Below are positions 18,492 to 27,727 of a DNA stretch of 40,182 nt, piece by piece. The notes below the pieces were generated by a model. That model made no database searches, had not been told where the DNA came from, and was given only the letters and a program-made list of their open reading frames with translations. Numbering within the stretch: position 1 is the first letter of the stretch; every line of letters begins with the position of its first letter. The DNA comes from Candidatus Undinarchaeota archaeon (GTDB lineage Archaea; Undinarchaeota; Undinarchaeia; Undinarchaeales; UBA543), in the NCBI GenBank assembly GCA_964567575.1, contig CAZMMZ010000008.1, forward strand, positions 9,960 to 50,141, in the 5' to 3' direction. The translations under genes were made by a program, and so were the position numbers.

Positions 18492-19475
18492 TTATGCCAG
18501 TACTAGCAGCGTGCCTATTCCGACTAAAATTACTGAAGCTTCTGCAATTGCTAAATAAATTCCTAATTTTCTTGATTTTCCTATAAATGCATATGTTGAG
18601 CTAGATGCAACTGAAGCAACTGTTCCAATTATTACTGCATAAAGCGCAACCATTACTGAAACTTTTTTTGCAAGTAGGAGTGCTACAATTATGAAAAGAG
18701 GCATTCCACCATAAGCAACTCCTAAAATTGCTGTTAACATGTAAAGCCCAACATATGAAAGTTTTGTAAATATCCAAACTCCAACTTGGTAAAATACAAA
18801 GAATAATAGAACTGAAATTATTGTTTCTTTTGGAGAAAAGAAACTGTATTCTTCTGCTTCTTCTTTTTGGCTTTTCCAATTAAATAAGAAGTAAGCTACT
18901 ACTGAAACTACTGCCATTGAAATCATTGAAACCCAGAAGAAGAGTGGTGGTGTGTTAAACACTTTAAAGAATATGCCAATTATTACCATAACTATGAAGT
19001 TACGCAAGATTGTTGCTGTGTTTGTTAGCATTAACATTGCTGCACTGTCTTTAACTGCGTCTTCATCATTTTTGAACATCTTTATTGCGTTCTTTAGTGA
19101 TAGTTTTGTGTTTGTTATTCCTGCACCAATTGCAAGTTCTCTAAGTGTGTTCTCAGGTGCTACTAGTTCAGAAAAATAAAACACCCCTAAATACAATGTC
19201 ATTATTGTTGCGATCATGCCAATAAATAATTGATAGGTTATTGAATTTCCTGGTAAGTATGTGTTATTTGGGAGCCAAAGCGTAACCAACCAAAGCAATG
19301 CTGTTATTGCAACAAACCAGAATGTTTTGTGATGAACTCCTTCTCGTAAACTTATTCCTTTTTTTATTGTAGTTATCCCTGTAATTATGTAAATTAAAAT
19401 TGCGAACCAAAGTGGTAATAGTACGTATGTTGTTATTGGTTTTAGGATTTGTATTGCAAAGGATTCTTCAGCCAT
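18492..19475 (-). CDS. Multi-pass membrane protein, divergent DUF4010-like
   Basis: About 10 TM helices. Layout (LPN..LPG, GAGITNT, ATILRN, FFSPKE) resembles the DUF4010/MgtC-associated family. Confidence 0.5.
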   Translation of the reverse strand: MAEESFAIQILKPITTYVLLPLWFAILIYIITGITTIKKGISLREGVHHKTFWFVAITALLWLVTLWLPNNTYLPGNSITYQLFIGMIATIMTLYLGVFYFSELVAPENTLRELAIGAGITNTKLSLKNAIKMFKNDEDAVKDSAAMLMLTNTATILRNFIVMVIIGIFFKVFNTPPLFFWVSMISMAVVSVVAYFLFNWKSQKEEAEEYSFFSPKETIISVLLFFVFYQVGVWIFTKLSYVGLYMLTAILGVAYGGMPLFIIVALLLAKKVSVMVALYAVIIGTVASVASSSTYAFIGKSRKLGIYLAIAEASVILVGIGTLLVLA

Positions 19476-19566
19476 GTTTTTCTATTTGTTTGAATAGTTT
19501 AAAAAGTTACCTAATTTGCTATGTGAGGGTTCCAAATCTTGTATCGAAACCCTTAAATAGTACATA

Positions 19567-19605
19567 TGTAAACATATCTTTACAAGATGTAAAGTATTCT
19601 TTACA
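19567..19605. promoter_or_regulatory. Two tandem operator palindromes TGTAAA-N6-TTTACA
   Basis: 19567-19584 TGTAAACATATCTTTACA and 19588-19605 TGTAAAGTATTCTTTACA, 21 bp apart. They lie between TATA TTAAATAG (19553-19560) and ATG 19614. Confidence 0.75.
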
Positions 19606-19613
19606 TAAATATC

Positions 19614-19847
19614 ATGAAAAATCACATAAAATCTCTTCGAGCGAAAAATGATCTCTCACAACAAAAGCTAGCTGAGCTCTTAGGTGTTAGTCGTCAAACC
19701 ATCCATATGATAGAGCTTGGGAAGTATAATGCATCGCTTGATCTTGCTTTTAAACTCGCAAATTTGTTCAATGAGAAGATAGAAAACATTTTTATACGCG
19801 AAGAACCTACGGTCTTTTATTCGCATCATACGCGAAGCTATAGGTAA
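19614..19847 (+). CDS. XRE/Cro-C1 helix-turn-helix transcriptional regulator
   Basis: LSQQKLAELLGVSRQTIHMIELGKYNASLDLAFKLA. Confidence 0.92.
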   Translation: MKNHIKSLRAKNDLSQQKLAELLGVSRQTIHMIELGKYNASLDLAFKLANLFNEKIENIFIREEPTVFYSHHTRSYR

Positions 19848-19852
19848 AGAAA

Positions 19853-20518
19853 ATGAATAAAAAAGAATTACTTCCGATTGTTATAATTTTACTAACGCTT
19901 GTTACAGCAATTTACATTTATCCATTGTTGCCAGAGCAAGTTCCAACACATTGGAATGCTGCTGGAGAAGTTGATGCTTATGGATCACGATTGTTTCATG
20001 TGCTGATGTTTCCTGGAATAATTATTTTTATTTATGCACTTTTTGAATTAATTCCACGTATTGAAGTTTTCAGAAAGAATGTTAAAGATTTCATGAAGCA
20101 TTTTTTTGTAATGAAAGTTTCAATACTTGCATTTATGTTCTATGTCTTTATACTCACAACTTTGCCTAACTTTGGTTATTCAATTAATTTTAATGTGCTA
20201 TTAATGCCAGCAGTTGGGTTGCTGATGGTGGTTATTGGTTATCTAATTAAATTTGCTAAAAGGAATTTCTTTATTGGAATTAGGACTCCATGGACTTTAG
20301 CAAGTGATACTGTTTGGAAAAAAACTCACGAAATTGGTTCTAAGGTATTTATTGGACTTGGTGTTTGGTTAGCTATTGTTGGTTTGGTTCTGCCAGTTAA
20401 ATTTATTGTTTGGGGAATTATGATTCCAATTTTTGGAATGGTAATTTGGATGTTTGTGTATTCTTATCTGTTGTATAAGAAAGAGAGTGAAAATTTCAAA
20501 AAAGAGCCTAAGCTTTAA
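19853..20518 (+). CDS. SdpI/YhfL family membrane protein (DUF1648 + SdpI)
   Basis: LPEQVPTHWNAAGEVD and NFFIGIRTPWTLASDTVWKKTH motifs. Confidence 0.9.
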   Translation: MNKKELLPIVIILLTLVTAIYIYPLLPEQVPTHWNAAGEVDAYGSRLFHVLMFPGIIIFIYALFELIPRIEVFRKNVKDFMKHFFVMKVSILAFMFYVFILTTLPNFGYSINFNVLLMPAVGLLMVVIGYLIKFAKRNFFIGIRTPWTLASDTVWKKTHEIGSKVFIGLGVWLAIVGLVLPVKFIVWGIMIPIFGMVIWMFVYSYLLYKKESENFKKEPKL

Positions 20519-20524
20519 GTTATT

Positions 20525-20773
20525 TCACAATTCTGCTAATTCTTCAAAAAACTTCTTCTTAGTACTTAGCTCTAGGAACCATCTCGCTTTTCTATGATTG
20601 GCATTATTTCTAAAAACAGGTCTAGTATTCTGTAAACTATTTTTGTGTTCTCTACCTTTTGCAGGATGAGTGTCAATTTGCCTAAGAACTGGTTTAAAAT
20701 ATTTATGGTGCAAGTACTTTCTTAATGGTTCGTATTTCTCCTTATTTCTTATAACTTGTTGTGAAAAAGACAT
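20525..20773 (-). CDS. Hypothetical basic protein (82 aa)
   Basis: Fills the gap between convergent sdpI and lysS. BRE/TATA-like sequence about 20 nt upstream. No recognisable motif. Confidence 0.45.
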   Translation of the reverse strand: MSFSQQVIRNKEKYEPLRKYLHHKYFKPVLRQIDTHPAKGREHKNSLQNTRPVFRNNANHRKARWFLELSTKKKFFEELAEL

Positions 20774-20819
20774 ACTATCTATCTTGTTTTTTTATATTAA
20801 AATGTTGGGTTTTCAAAAA

Positions 20820-22490
20820 CTAAACTTTAAATCGTTCCAAAACAAATTTCCTATCCAAACTCAAAACAAATTGTGCTAATCTTGGTCCACGTTCTTTTCC
20901 AAGCAAAGCTAAATACGCAGATCTAAAGAGTTGTTTTGGTGTTAATTCTTCTTTTGCAAATTCATAAATAGCGCTTTCTAATTCCTTTTCTTTCCACTTC
21001 TTTGTTCCAATAATATCAGAGAGTTTGTTAAGTGCTTTTTTCTCTTCTTTGCTAAGTTCTTTAACTTCTGCAGGAACTTTTTCTTGTACAATGAACTTGT
21101 ATTGCTCTGGTGCAAATTCTTCAATCCATTGCTTTGCACGAGTAAGTCTTTGCTTTACATAATCTAAATCTTCTTTAGAAGTTTTAGCAGGAATATGTCC
21201 AGTTCCTTTTAAAATTTCTAGAGATTTTTTAATATCAAAGTTTGTTGATTGCACAACCATTGAAGCATGTCCTAAACCAATTTGCAGCGGCAGTTTCTTT
21301 GGAAGTGCTCCGACATGAGCTAATTCATATAATCGTTTTTCATGTGCAAGTTCGCGTTCATTTTCTTTTTTATCTTTTCCAAAATAAATCCTTTCTGTTG
21401 CATCATAACTATCATACAAAAGCAAGAGTTTATTTGAATCATATGGGTCAAAGTCAAGTACAGCGCGGGGTCTTGTTTTTATTAAAAGATATCGCAATAA
21501 TTTTGGAGGGACATGTTCTGAAATAGTTGCAAATCCAATTCCAGATCCTTTTGAAGTGCTCATCTTTTTCCCACCAACAGTAAAGAATTCATAACCTTTT
21601 CCTGTTTGTTCCCAATCACTTGGTAACGGTGGTCGATATTTGAAAACATCTGTTGCAATTTGAACTGCAACTGTTCTTGAACCACCGTGAGTAAAGTGGT
21701 CCTTCCCTGCAGTTTCATAAACAACTCCAATACTTGGCCACTTTGCTGCCCATTCTACTTTCCATGGGAACTTTCCACCACCATTGTAAGGTGAGCGTTC
21801 TCCTTCATAACCGCAACCCTGTGCCCATTTCACTAAGTCTTTTCTGCAGCGGTATTTGATAACTTCTTTTTCAGCATCCCATTCGTAAGCTTCTGTGGTT
21901 CCGATTTTTCCACACTTTTCACAGATTGGGTTGAATGGTAGTTTCTTTACACCAGCAGAGTCTTCTCCTGAAATTTGCCTGTAGATATCTTGAATCTGTT
22001 TAGTATTATCTAATGCAATTTTGATTGTGTCATTAAACAAGCCCTTGTCATAATTTTCTCCAGTACTTTGTAATTCAGCTTCAATTCCAAACTTATCAAA
22101 TTTTTCAGTGCATTCTTTAAAATAATAATCAGCATAACTTTTGTATCCTTTTTCAGGACTTGGAATATCTCTGAATGGCATTCCTAAATATTTTTCATAC
22201 TTTTCTTTTTTCAAATAATTTGGAAACTTGTCAAAAGGATCAATATCATCATTACCTAAAATAAATCTGCCTTTCACACCTTGATCTCGCAATGCTTTTG
22301 CAATAGCATCAGTTATTACCCAACCACGTCCTGAGCCAATATGTATATGCCCTGATGGTGTTTTTTCATCCATACAGATGTAACCGTTTTTCTTAACAAC
22401 TTTTTTTAAATCGTCATCTGATTCAACACGCTTAATAATTCTATGCGCCCATTGGTCTGCCCAGAAAAGGGATTCTTGTTCTGAATTCAT
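20820..22490 (-). CDS. lysS: Lysine--tRNA ligase, class I
   Basis: TPSGHIHIG, KFPWKVEWAAKW, AGKDH, KMSTSKG, GPRLAQF. Confidence 0.97.
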   Translation of the reverse strand: MNSEQESLFWADQWAHRIIKRVESDDDLKKVVKKNGYICMDEKTPSGHIHIGSGRGWVITDAIAKALRDQGVKGRFILGNDDIDPFDKFPNYLKKEKYEKYLGMPFRDIPSPEKGYKSYADYYFKECTEKFDKFGIEAELQSTGENYDKGLFNDTIKIALDNTKQIQDIYRQISGEDSAGVKKLPFNPICEKCGKIGTTEAYEWDAEKEVIKYRCRKDLVKWAQGCGYEGERSPYNGGGKFPWKVEWAAKWPSIGVVYETAGKDHFTHGGSRTVAVQIATDVFKYRPPLPSDWEQTGKGYEFFTVGGKKMSTSKGSGIGFATISEHVPPKLLRYLLIKTRPRAVLDFDPYDSNKLLLLYDSYDATERIYFGKDKKENERELAHEKRLYELAHVGALPKKLPLQIGLGHASMVVQSTNFDIKKSLEILKGTGHIPAKTSKEDLDYVKQRLTRAKQWIEEFAPEQYKFIVQEKVPAEVKELSKEEKKALNKLSDIIGTKKWKEKELESAIYEFAKEELTPKQLFRSAYLALLGKERGPRLAQFVLSLDRKFVLERFKV

Positions 22491-22536
22491 TGATACAAAT
22501 CAGTACTATGCTTTTATTAAGGTTTTTGTCTTGAAA

Positions 22537-23448
22537 TCAAAGCAACGGAGTAATATAAACTTCTATACTTCCGCCAATAATCATAAGCAGAATTGCTGCT
22601 AGCATAAAGATACCAACATCAACTGCAATTCGTTTGAATTCCGGTCTGTTGTAATGCTTTCTTACAATTGCAACTGAGAAAATTCCTCCTGCAATTGCAC
22701 CAAGGAAGTATCCAACTATTTCAAAAATTCCATGAACAAAAAATGAAAGGAAACTTATTGGGAATGCTGTAAAGTAGGTTCCAGTTTTTGATGCAACAGA
22801 AGCTCCTGTTGCAACTGTTGTTCGAATTAAATTTCCAATTGCTACACCAACAACTGCTGCGTTCCATGTTAAAAGTAAAAGCGCACCTGCTCCAAATACA
22901 AATGAAAATGCAACAAATAAGAAAAGCAATCTAAGGTTATTTGCAAGAATTAATTCAAGAAGTTTTACTTTGCTTACAGCCATTGAAGTTGCTTTATTGA
23001 TTAAATAACCAGTTAAACCAGCACCCTCAACACCAATTAATGATCCTACAAGAACTGTTCTTAAGTTTTGGATCCTCATAACTTCCCCGATTTGATCTTT
23101 AAACATCACGTGTATGATGTCACTTGGGAGTATTGTGAACCAAAACGAAAATGCAATAAGCATTCCAAAGAACATGAATAAATAAACCATTATAACTTCA
23201 TCGTGTCGCTGCCATAGGGTTTCTTTCACAATTTTCTCACATTCTTTTCCTTCTTCTAAATAAAATATACGATAAATCATTGGCACAAGTGCCATTGCAG
23301 TAAAGAAAAGGAACCACGCGCTTGCGCCTTGTGGAAAAATGTAATAAGCTAACCATAAACCAGTTGTTGCAACTACGAATCCAAGAATTAACATATCCAA
23401 AGGATGTTTTTCAACTTCTTGTGGTGAAATGATTGATTCAAGAACCAT
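22537..23448 (-). CDS. Stage II sporulation protein M (SpoIIM/DUF95) family membrane protein
   Basis: ILANNLRL, WNAAVVG, HGIFEI, IEVYITP. Confidence 0.85.
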   Translation of the reverse strand: MVLESIISPQEVEKHPLDMLILGFVVATTGLWLAYYIFPQGASAWFLFFTAMALVPMIYRIFYLEEGKECEKIVKETLWQRHDEVIMVYLFMFFGMLIAFSFWFTILPSDIIHVMFKDQIGEVMRIQNLRTVLVGSLIGVEGAGLTGYLINKATSMAVSKVKLLELILANNLRLLFLFVAFSFVFGAGALLLLTWNAAVVGVAIGNLIRTTVATGASVASKTGTYFTAFPISFLSFFVHGIFEIVGYFLGAIAGGIFSVAIVRKHYNRPEFKRIAVDVGIFMLAAILLMIIGGSIEVYITPLL

Positions 23449-23454
23449 TATTTT

Positions 23455-23604
23455 TTAGATTATACCAAAGAAGTATTTAAGTGCTACGTAAGCAGCTCCT
23501 AAGCACAATACTAGCAAAGTTAGCTTTAATGTTTTTTTTAATAAGAAGAACAATAAGAAACCTGAAATAAGTACAGCTGCTCCTACCAATATTGTTTCTA
23601 TCAT
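23455..23604 (-). CDS. 49-aa two-TM membrane protein (not in ORF track)
   Basis: MIETILVGAAVLISGFLLFFLLKKTLKLTLLVLCLGAAYVALKYFFGII*. Sits between eif5a and the SpoIIM gene on the same strand. Confidence 0.65.
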   Translation of the reverse strand: MIETILVGAAVLISGFLLFFLLKKTLKLTLLVLCLGAAYVALKYFFGII

Positions 23605-23622
23605 TTGTTACTCTCTATATCG

Positions 23623-24072
23623 TTAACCGGTTGGGATTATTCTTTCAATCCATCTCTTTGCGCCGTAAACCCTAACCTCAACTTCTATACCTGATTGTAA
23701 TTGGGTTTCATCCATGTCTAATGGAACTTGAAGATCATATGTTTCAAAAGTCTCTAAATTCATAAGTTGAGCTACAGCAGGGGTTGTTGCTAGTTTTGGA
23801 TCATTTGGTACAACTTTTGCTGTAATTGATAAAACTTGAGATTTTTCTTTTTCAACTACTGGTTTTTCAATTTCTTTGTGCCCTGAGTAAGTAACTTCTC
23901 CACCGCTTCCAGTGAAAATGTTTTCATACATAATTCTTACTTTAGCGTGTCCATGTTTTCCAGGAGCTGAAGTTGAAGTATTTTTTATTTTAAAAATTTC
24001 ATCGCATTGTCCCTCTAAAAGGATCAAGTCGCCTTTTTTTAGTCTTGTTGCTGGTATTGCACTTGTTGCCAT
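23623..24072 (-). CDS. eif5a: Translation factor aIF-5A
   Basis: Hypusine-site motif SAPGKHGHAK, QLMNLETFET. Confidence 0.95.
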   Translation of the reverse strand: MATSAIPATRLKKGDLILLEGQCDEIFKIKNTSTSAPGKHGHAKVRIMYENIFTGSGGEVTYSGHKEIEKPVVEKEKSQVLSITAKVVPNDPKLATTPAVAQLMNLETFETYDLQVPLDMDETQLQSGIEVEVRVYGAKRWIERIIPTG

Positions 24073-24142
24073 ATCTTACACCTAGTTAGAAAATAATAAC
24101 AACATATATAAAAAGGTTTAGTAAATTCTAACAATCCAAACT

Positions 24143-25159
24143 ATGGCAACGAAAGAAGAGGTTTTTAATAAACGTGTGGAAAGCGGTGTAGAAAATGCTC
24201 TAAAAAAGTGTATGGGTATTAAAACAGGAGAGTCTGTTCTTATTCTTACTGATCACCAAATGGGAGATATTGGTGGTCTTTTTTTCAAAAAATCTATTGA
24301 ACTTGGAGCTGGCGGAATGATTATGGATATTCCTCCTGCAAAAGTTGATGGAGAAGAGCCTCTTGATCAAGTTGCTAAAGCAATGAAGAGGGTTGATGTT
24401 ACTTTGTTAATTACTTCAAAATCATATTCTCATTCAAAGGCTCGTGAAGAAGCAACAAATTCTGGAACACGAATAGCGAGTATGCCGGGTATTACGGATA
24501 AAAGTATTGCAAGGACGTTGAATGTAAATTATGAAAATATCCGTAAAAAAGCCAGAGCTCTTATTGAAGTCCTCAAAAAGAATCGAACTATTAGAGTTCA
24601 GACTGAAGCTGGCACCGATATAACATTTAGATTTGGTGGTCGCGAGATTCATGGTTATAATTGTGGAATTTATGACAAAACTGGGGCCTGGGGGAATTTA
24701 CCTAACGGAGAAGTTTATTTTGCTCCTGTTGAAAAAGAAGCAGAAGGTACAATTGTTATTGATGCTTCAATGGCTGAAGTTGGCAAAATCAAAGAGCCAA
24801 TTACTCTTGAAGTTAAAAATGGTTTTGTTACAAAGATTACTGGTGGTAAAGAAGCAGATAAACTTTCAACTTTTATTCGTCCTCTTGGACGAAATGCGTA
24901 CAATATTGCTGAACTTGGTATTGGTTTGAATGAAGATGCAAAAATTACTGGTAAAGTTCTTGAAGATGAAAAGGTATTAGGTACTGCACATATTGCGCTT
25001 GGGACAAATATTACTTTTGGTGGAACTGTTCGAGCACAATGCCATTTGGATGGGGTTTTCAAAAATCCAAGTATCTGGGCTGATGATACGCAAATAATGG
25101 ATAAGGGTAAATTCCTTATTGACTTTGCTAAAATTCTTAGGACAGCGGTTATCAAATGA
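24143..25159 (+). CDS. Aminopeptidase (M29 / archaeal leucyl aminopeptidase-like)
   Basis: GEEP, GNLPNGEVY..P, IAELGIGLN, LEDEKVLGTAHIALG, HLD. Confidence 0.88.
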   Translation: MATKEEVFNKRVESGVENALKKCMGIKTGESVLILTDHQMGDIGGLFFKKSIELGAGGMIMDIPPAKVDGEEPLDQVAKAMKRVDVTLLITSKSYSHSKAREEATNSGTRIASMPGITDKSIARTLNVNYENIRKKARALIEVLKKNRTIRVQTEAGTDITFRFGGREIHGYNCGIYDKTGAWGNLPNGEVYFAPVEKEAEGTIVIDASMAEVGKIKEPITLEVKNGFVTKITGGKEADKLSTFIRPLGRNAYNIAELGIGLNEDAKITGKVLEDEKVLGTAHIALGTNITFGGTVRAQCHLDGVFKNPSIWADDTQIMDKGKFLIDFAKILRTAVIK

Positions 25160-25608
25160 TTTTAATTGTAGATGCATCAGCAGTAATAAATAATTTTGTA
25201 GAGAAGTATCCAGAAGATCGCTTAATCACAAGCCCGCGCGTTATTAATGAGCTTGGTGAAAAACGAGATGATATAAAAAAATTAGAAGAACAAAATCCAA
25301 AACAAGTTTTTCTGAAAATTGTCAAAGATAAAAATATAAAATTAAATGATAATGTTTCTTTGCCAGATATGGAACTTCTTGCGCTTTCTCTTGAATTTAA
25401 TGCTCCAATTGTTACAGATGATTATGGTATTCAAAATCTTGCTAAAGATCTTAATATTAAATTTATTCCAGTTGCGCAGGAAGGAATAAAAAAAGTTCTT
25501 GTTTGGGAATATTATTGTTCAGGTTGCAGAAAAAAATATAATCGAACTGGGGTTTGTGATATTTGCGGTTCTAAAATAAAACGACGTGCTTCTAGAAGTG
25601 TTCAATAA
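25156..25608 (+). CDS. nob1: Ribosome-maturation endonuclease Nob1 (PIN + Zn ribbon)
   Basis: IVDASA, D...LAL, VTDDYGIQN, CSGC...CDICGS. Confidence 0.9.
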   Translation: MILIVDASAVINNFVEKYPEDRLITSPRVINELGEKRDDIKKLEEQNPKQVFLKIVKDKNIKLNDNVSLPDMELLALSLEFNAPIVTDDYGIQNLAKDLNIKFIPVAQEGIKKVLVWEYYCSGCRKKYNRTGVCDICGSKIKRRASRSVQ

Positions 25609-26650
25609 GCTCCTTTAGGACGTGTCTTTTTTCAACATATAATCTTAGAAGAGCGTGTGCAAGTCCTAGCATTAATGGTCCAATAATTACTCCTTTAATT
25701 CCAAATACTATTGGCCCTCCAAAGAAACCGAAGATAATTAGGAGAGGGTGGATGTCCGATTCGCGTTTCACAAGCATTGGTCTTATGTAAAGGTCTGGTG
25801 CAATTGTAAGAAAAACCATACAAAGAGCAAAGAAAATCATAACTCTAATTATGCCAGTTGGAAGAATAAACAGGTGCCATAGTGCAAGTGGGATGTATAA
25901 TGACCAAGGACCAATAACTGGTAAGAATGATATTACAAACATCATTAGAATAAGAGTTAATAATGAAAATATTGCAGGTTGGAAAATAGCCCAATAAATA
26001 GCTCCAAAGAATATTGCAATAATTATTGAGGTTAAGAAATGTCCAACAAATAATCCGTAACAAATATGATCAAAAGCATCCATAAGTTCTTGTAAAAATC
26101 TCTCTTTCTTTGGAATGTTTTTGTTTATGAATTTTTTAATATTTGGTCCCTCATAAATAAAATAGAATGAAGTAATGAAAAAGAGTGCAATTCTAAGTAT
26201 TAAATCCAGAAGCCAGGTTGGTCGCACTATAAATTCTCCAAGACTTGCTGAAAGTCCTACTACAACTTTTGAAAGTTCTGATGCAATTCTTTCACTAAGA
26301 ACTCCAAATCCAACTTCTTTCAAACTGAATTTTAATGTATTTGCAAAAGCTCCAGATTGAATTGCTGGTAAATTTTCAATAAACCATCTTAGTAAATAAT
26401 TAAGTCCGTAAAATGTTGCAAGTATAAACGGTATCGAAACAATTGTAACTGCAAATACAGATGCAATAAGATATTTCATATCTTTTTTCACAGGTTTTCC
26501 ATACATCTTTTTTGCAAGTGGTGCTGCAATATAAGCAATAGCTAAACTTAGAAGAAGAACGTCAATAAATTCAAACAGAACATAACCTGCAATTGCTAAA
26601 ATTCCAATTAAAATTGCAAGACTAACAAATTTCCAACTTCGAGATCCCAT
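25592..26650 (-). CDS. AI-2E (UPF0118/PerM) family transporter
   Basis: FLPVIG, DLYIRP, IHPLLIIFGFFGG...GVIIGP. Confidence 0.9.
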   Translation of the reverse strand: MGSRSWKFVSLAILIGILAIAGYVLFEFIDVLLLSLAIAYIAAPLAKKMYGKPVKKDMKYLIASVFAVTIVSIPFILATFYGLNYLLRWFIENLPAIQSGAFANTLKFSLKEVGFGVLSERIASELSKVVVGLSASLGEFIVRPTWLLDLILRIALFFITSFYFIYEGPNIKKFINKNIPKKERFLQELMDAFDHICYGLFVGHFLTSIIIAIFFGAIYWAIFQPAIFSLLTLILMMFVISFLPVIGPWSLYIPLALWHLFILPTGIIRVMIFFALCMVFLTIAPDLYIRPMLVKRESDIHPLLIIFGFFGGPIVFGIKGVIIGPLMLGLAHALLRLYVEKRHVLKELIEHF

Positions 26651-26694
26651 ATCTATGAGTTGTGTTTATATAGTTTAAAAGCTTTTCTTATTTA

Positions 26695-27684
26695 ATGAAA
26701 AAACTGATTGCAACAATGCTGATTACTGGTCTGTTGTTATTTGCTCTCGTCAGTACGTTCTTTTTACGAATTGAAAAATCTCCTGTTGAAAATCTTGAAG
26801 AAGCCACAATAAAACTTACATTTGAAGGAGAATTTGAAATTAAATCTAATAATCAAGGAATTCCAAAATTAAACTGGGCTGCAGTTAAATCTTTGAATTA
26901 TCCAGAAGCAAGCGGCCATCTTGAAATTATTGAATTTGGTGCATCAGAACCCTTTACAATTGGTGAAGATGAATGGGGGAATTCTTTTGTTCTTCTTAAT
27001 TTTTCAGAGCCAAAAATTGGTGTTAATAAATATAAACTTTGGACAACGGTGAAAGTTCAAAAATTAGACATAACTACTATTCTTCCTTCTTCTGAAATAA
27101 TTCCTCAGGAATTCATGGATGCAAATGATATGGTTCAGAGTGAGGATTCCAAAATAAAAAATCTTGCAGTTTCAATTGTTAAAGATAGTTCAAATCAACT
27201 TTCAAAAGTTCAGGATATTACCGAATGGGCATATCAGAATATTGTTTATGACCGTGCAGTTGAAAATGAAACTCTTGATGCTCTTTGGACTTTGAATAAT
27301 AAGCGCGGAGTTTGCGTTGAAATTTCACATCTTGCTGAAGCGCTTATACGTTCTGTTGGTATTCCAGCGCGACACGTTTACGGTGCTGCGCCATATAATT
27401 TCCCTGTTGGTTGGCAGGAACACACCTGGGTTGAATCATACATTGGCAAATGGGTTCCAACAGATCCAACATGGGATGAAACCGAATTCATTGATCCTGC
27501 GCATGTAACTTTTGCACGCGTGCCTGATCAAACTTTTGTTGAAGAAAAAGTTAGTGTATCTGGTAGAAACATTGAAATGGGTTATATGATTCTTCCAAAA
27601 ATGTCTGTTGATATTTTAGGTGAAGTTCGTGGTAAAGAACCAATTGTTTTGAAATTATTTGGAAAAAAGTTTAAAATTCGATAG
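26695..27684 (+). CDS. Membrane-anchored transglutaminase-like domain protein
   Basis: N-terminal TM. Catalytic triad motifs GVCVEISH, EHTWVE, TDPTW. Confidence 0.88.
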   Translation: MKKLIATMLITGLLLFALVSTFFLRIEKSPVENLEEATIKLTFEGEFEIKSNNQGIPKLNWAAVKSLNYPEASGHLEIIEFGASEPFTIGEDEWGNSFVLLNFSEPKIGVNKYKLWTTVKVQKLDITTILPSSEIIPQEFMDANDMVQSEDSKIKNLAVSIVKDSSNQLSKVQDITEWAYQNIVYDRAVENETLDALWTLNNKRGVCVEISHLAEALIRSVGIPARHVYGAAPYNFPVGWQEHTWVESYIGKWVPTDPTWDETEFIDPAHVTFARVPDQTFVEEKVSVSGRNIEMGYMILPKMSVDILGEVRGKEPIVLKLFGKKFKIR

Positions 27685-27686
27685 AT

Positions 27687-27727
27687 AATGTGAGGTTAAC
27701 CTCACATTTTGTGATGTTAACATTACA
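27687..27727. repeat. Two related tandem palindromes between convergent genes
   Basis: AATGTGAGGTTAACCTCACATT (27687-27708, perfect 22-bp palindrome) and TGTGATGTTAACATTACA (27710-27727, one mismatch). Confidence 0.8.

Noticed and set aside
27684-27711. Xer/dif-like site (11-6-11 layout)
   Set aside because: Arms do not resemble known AT-rich dif consensus and no recombinase is in the window; kept only as an unexplained palindrome.
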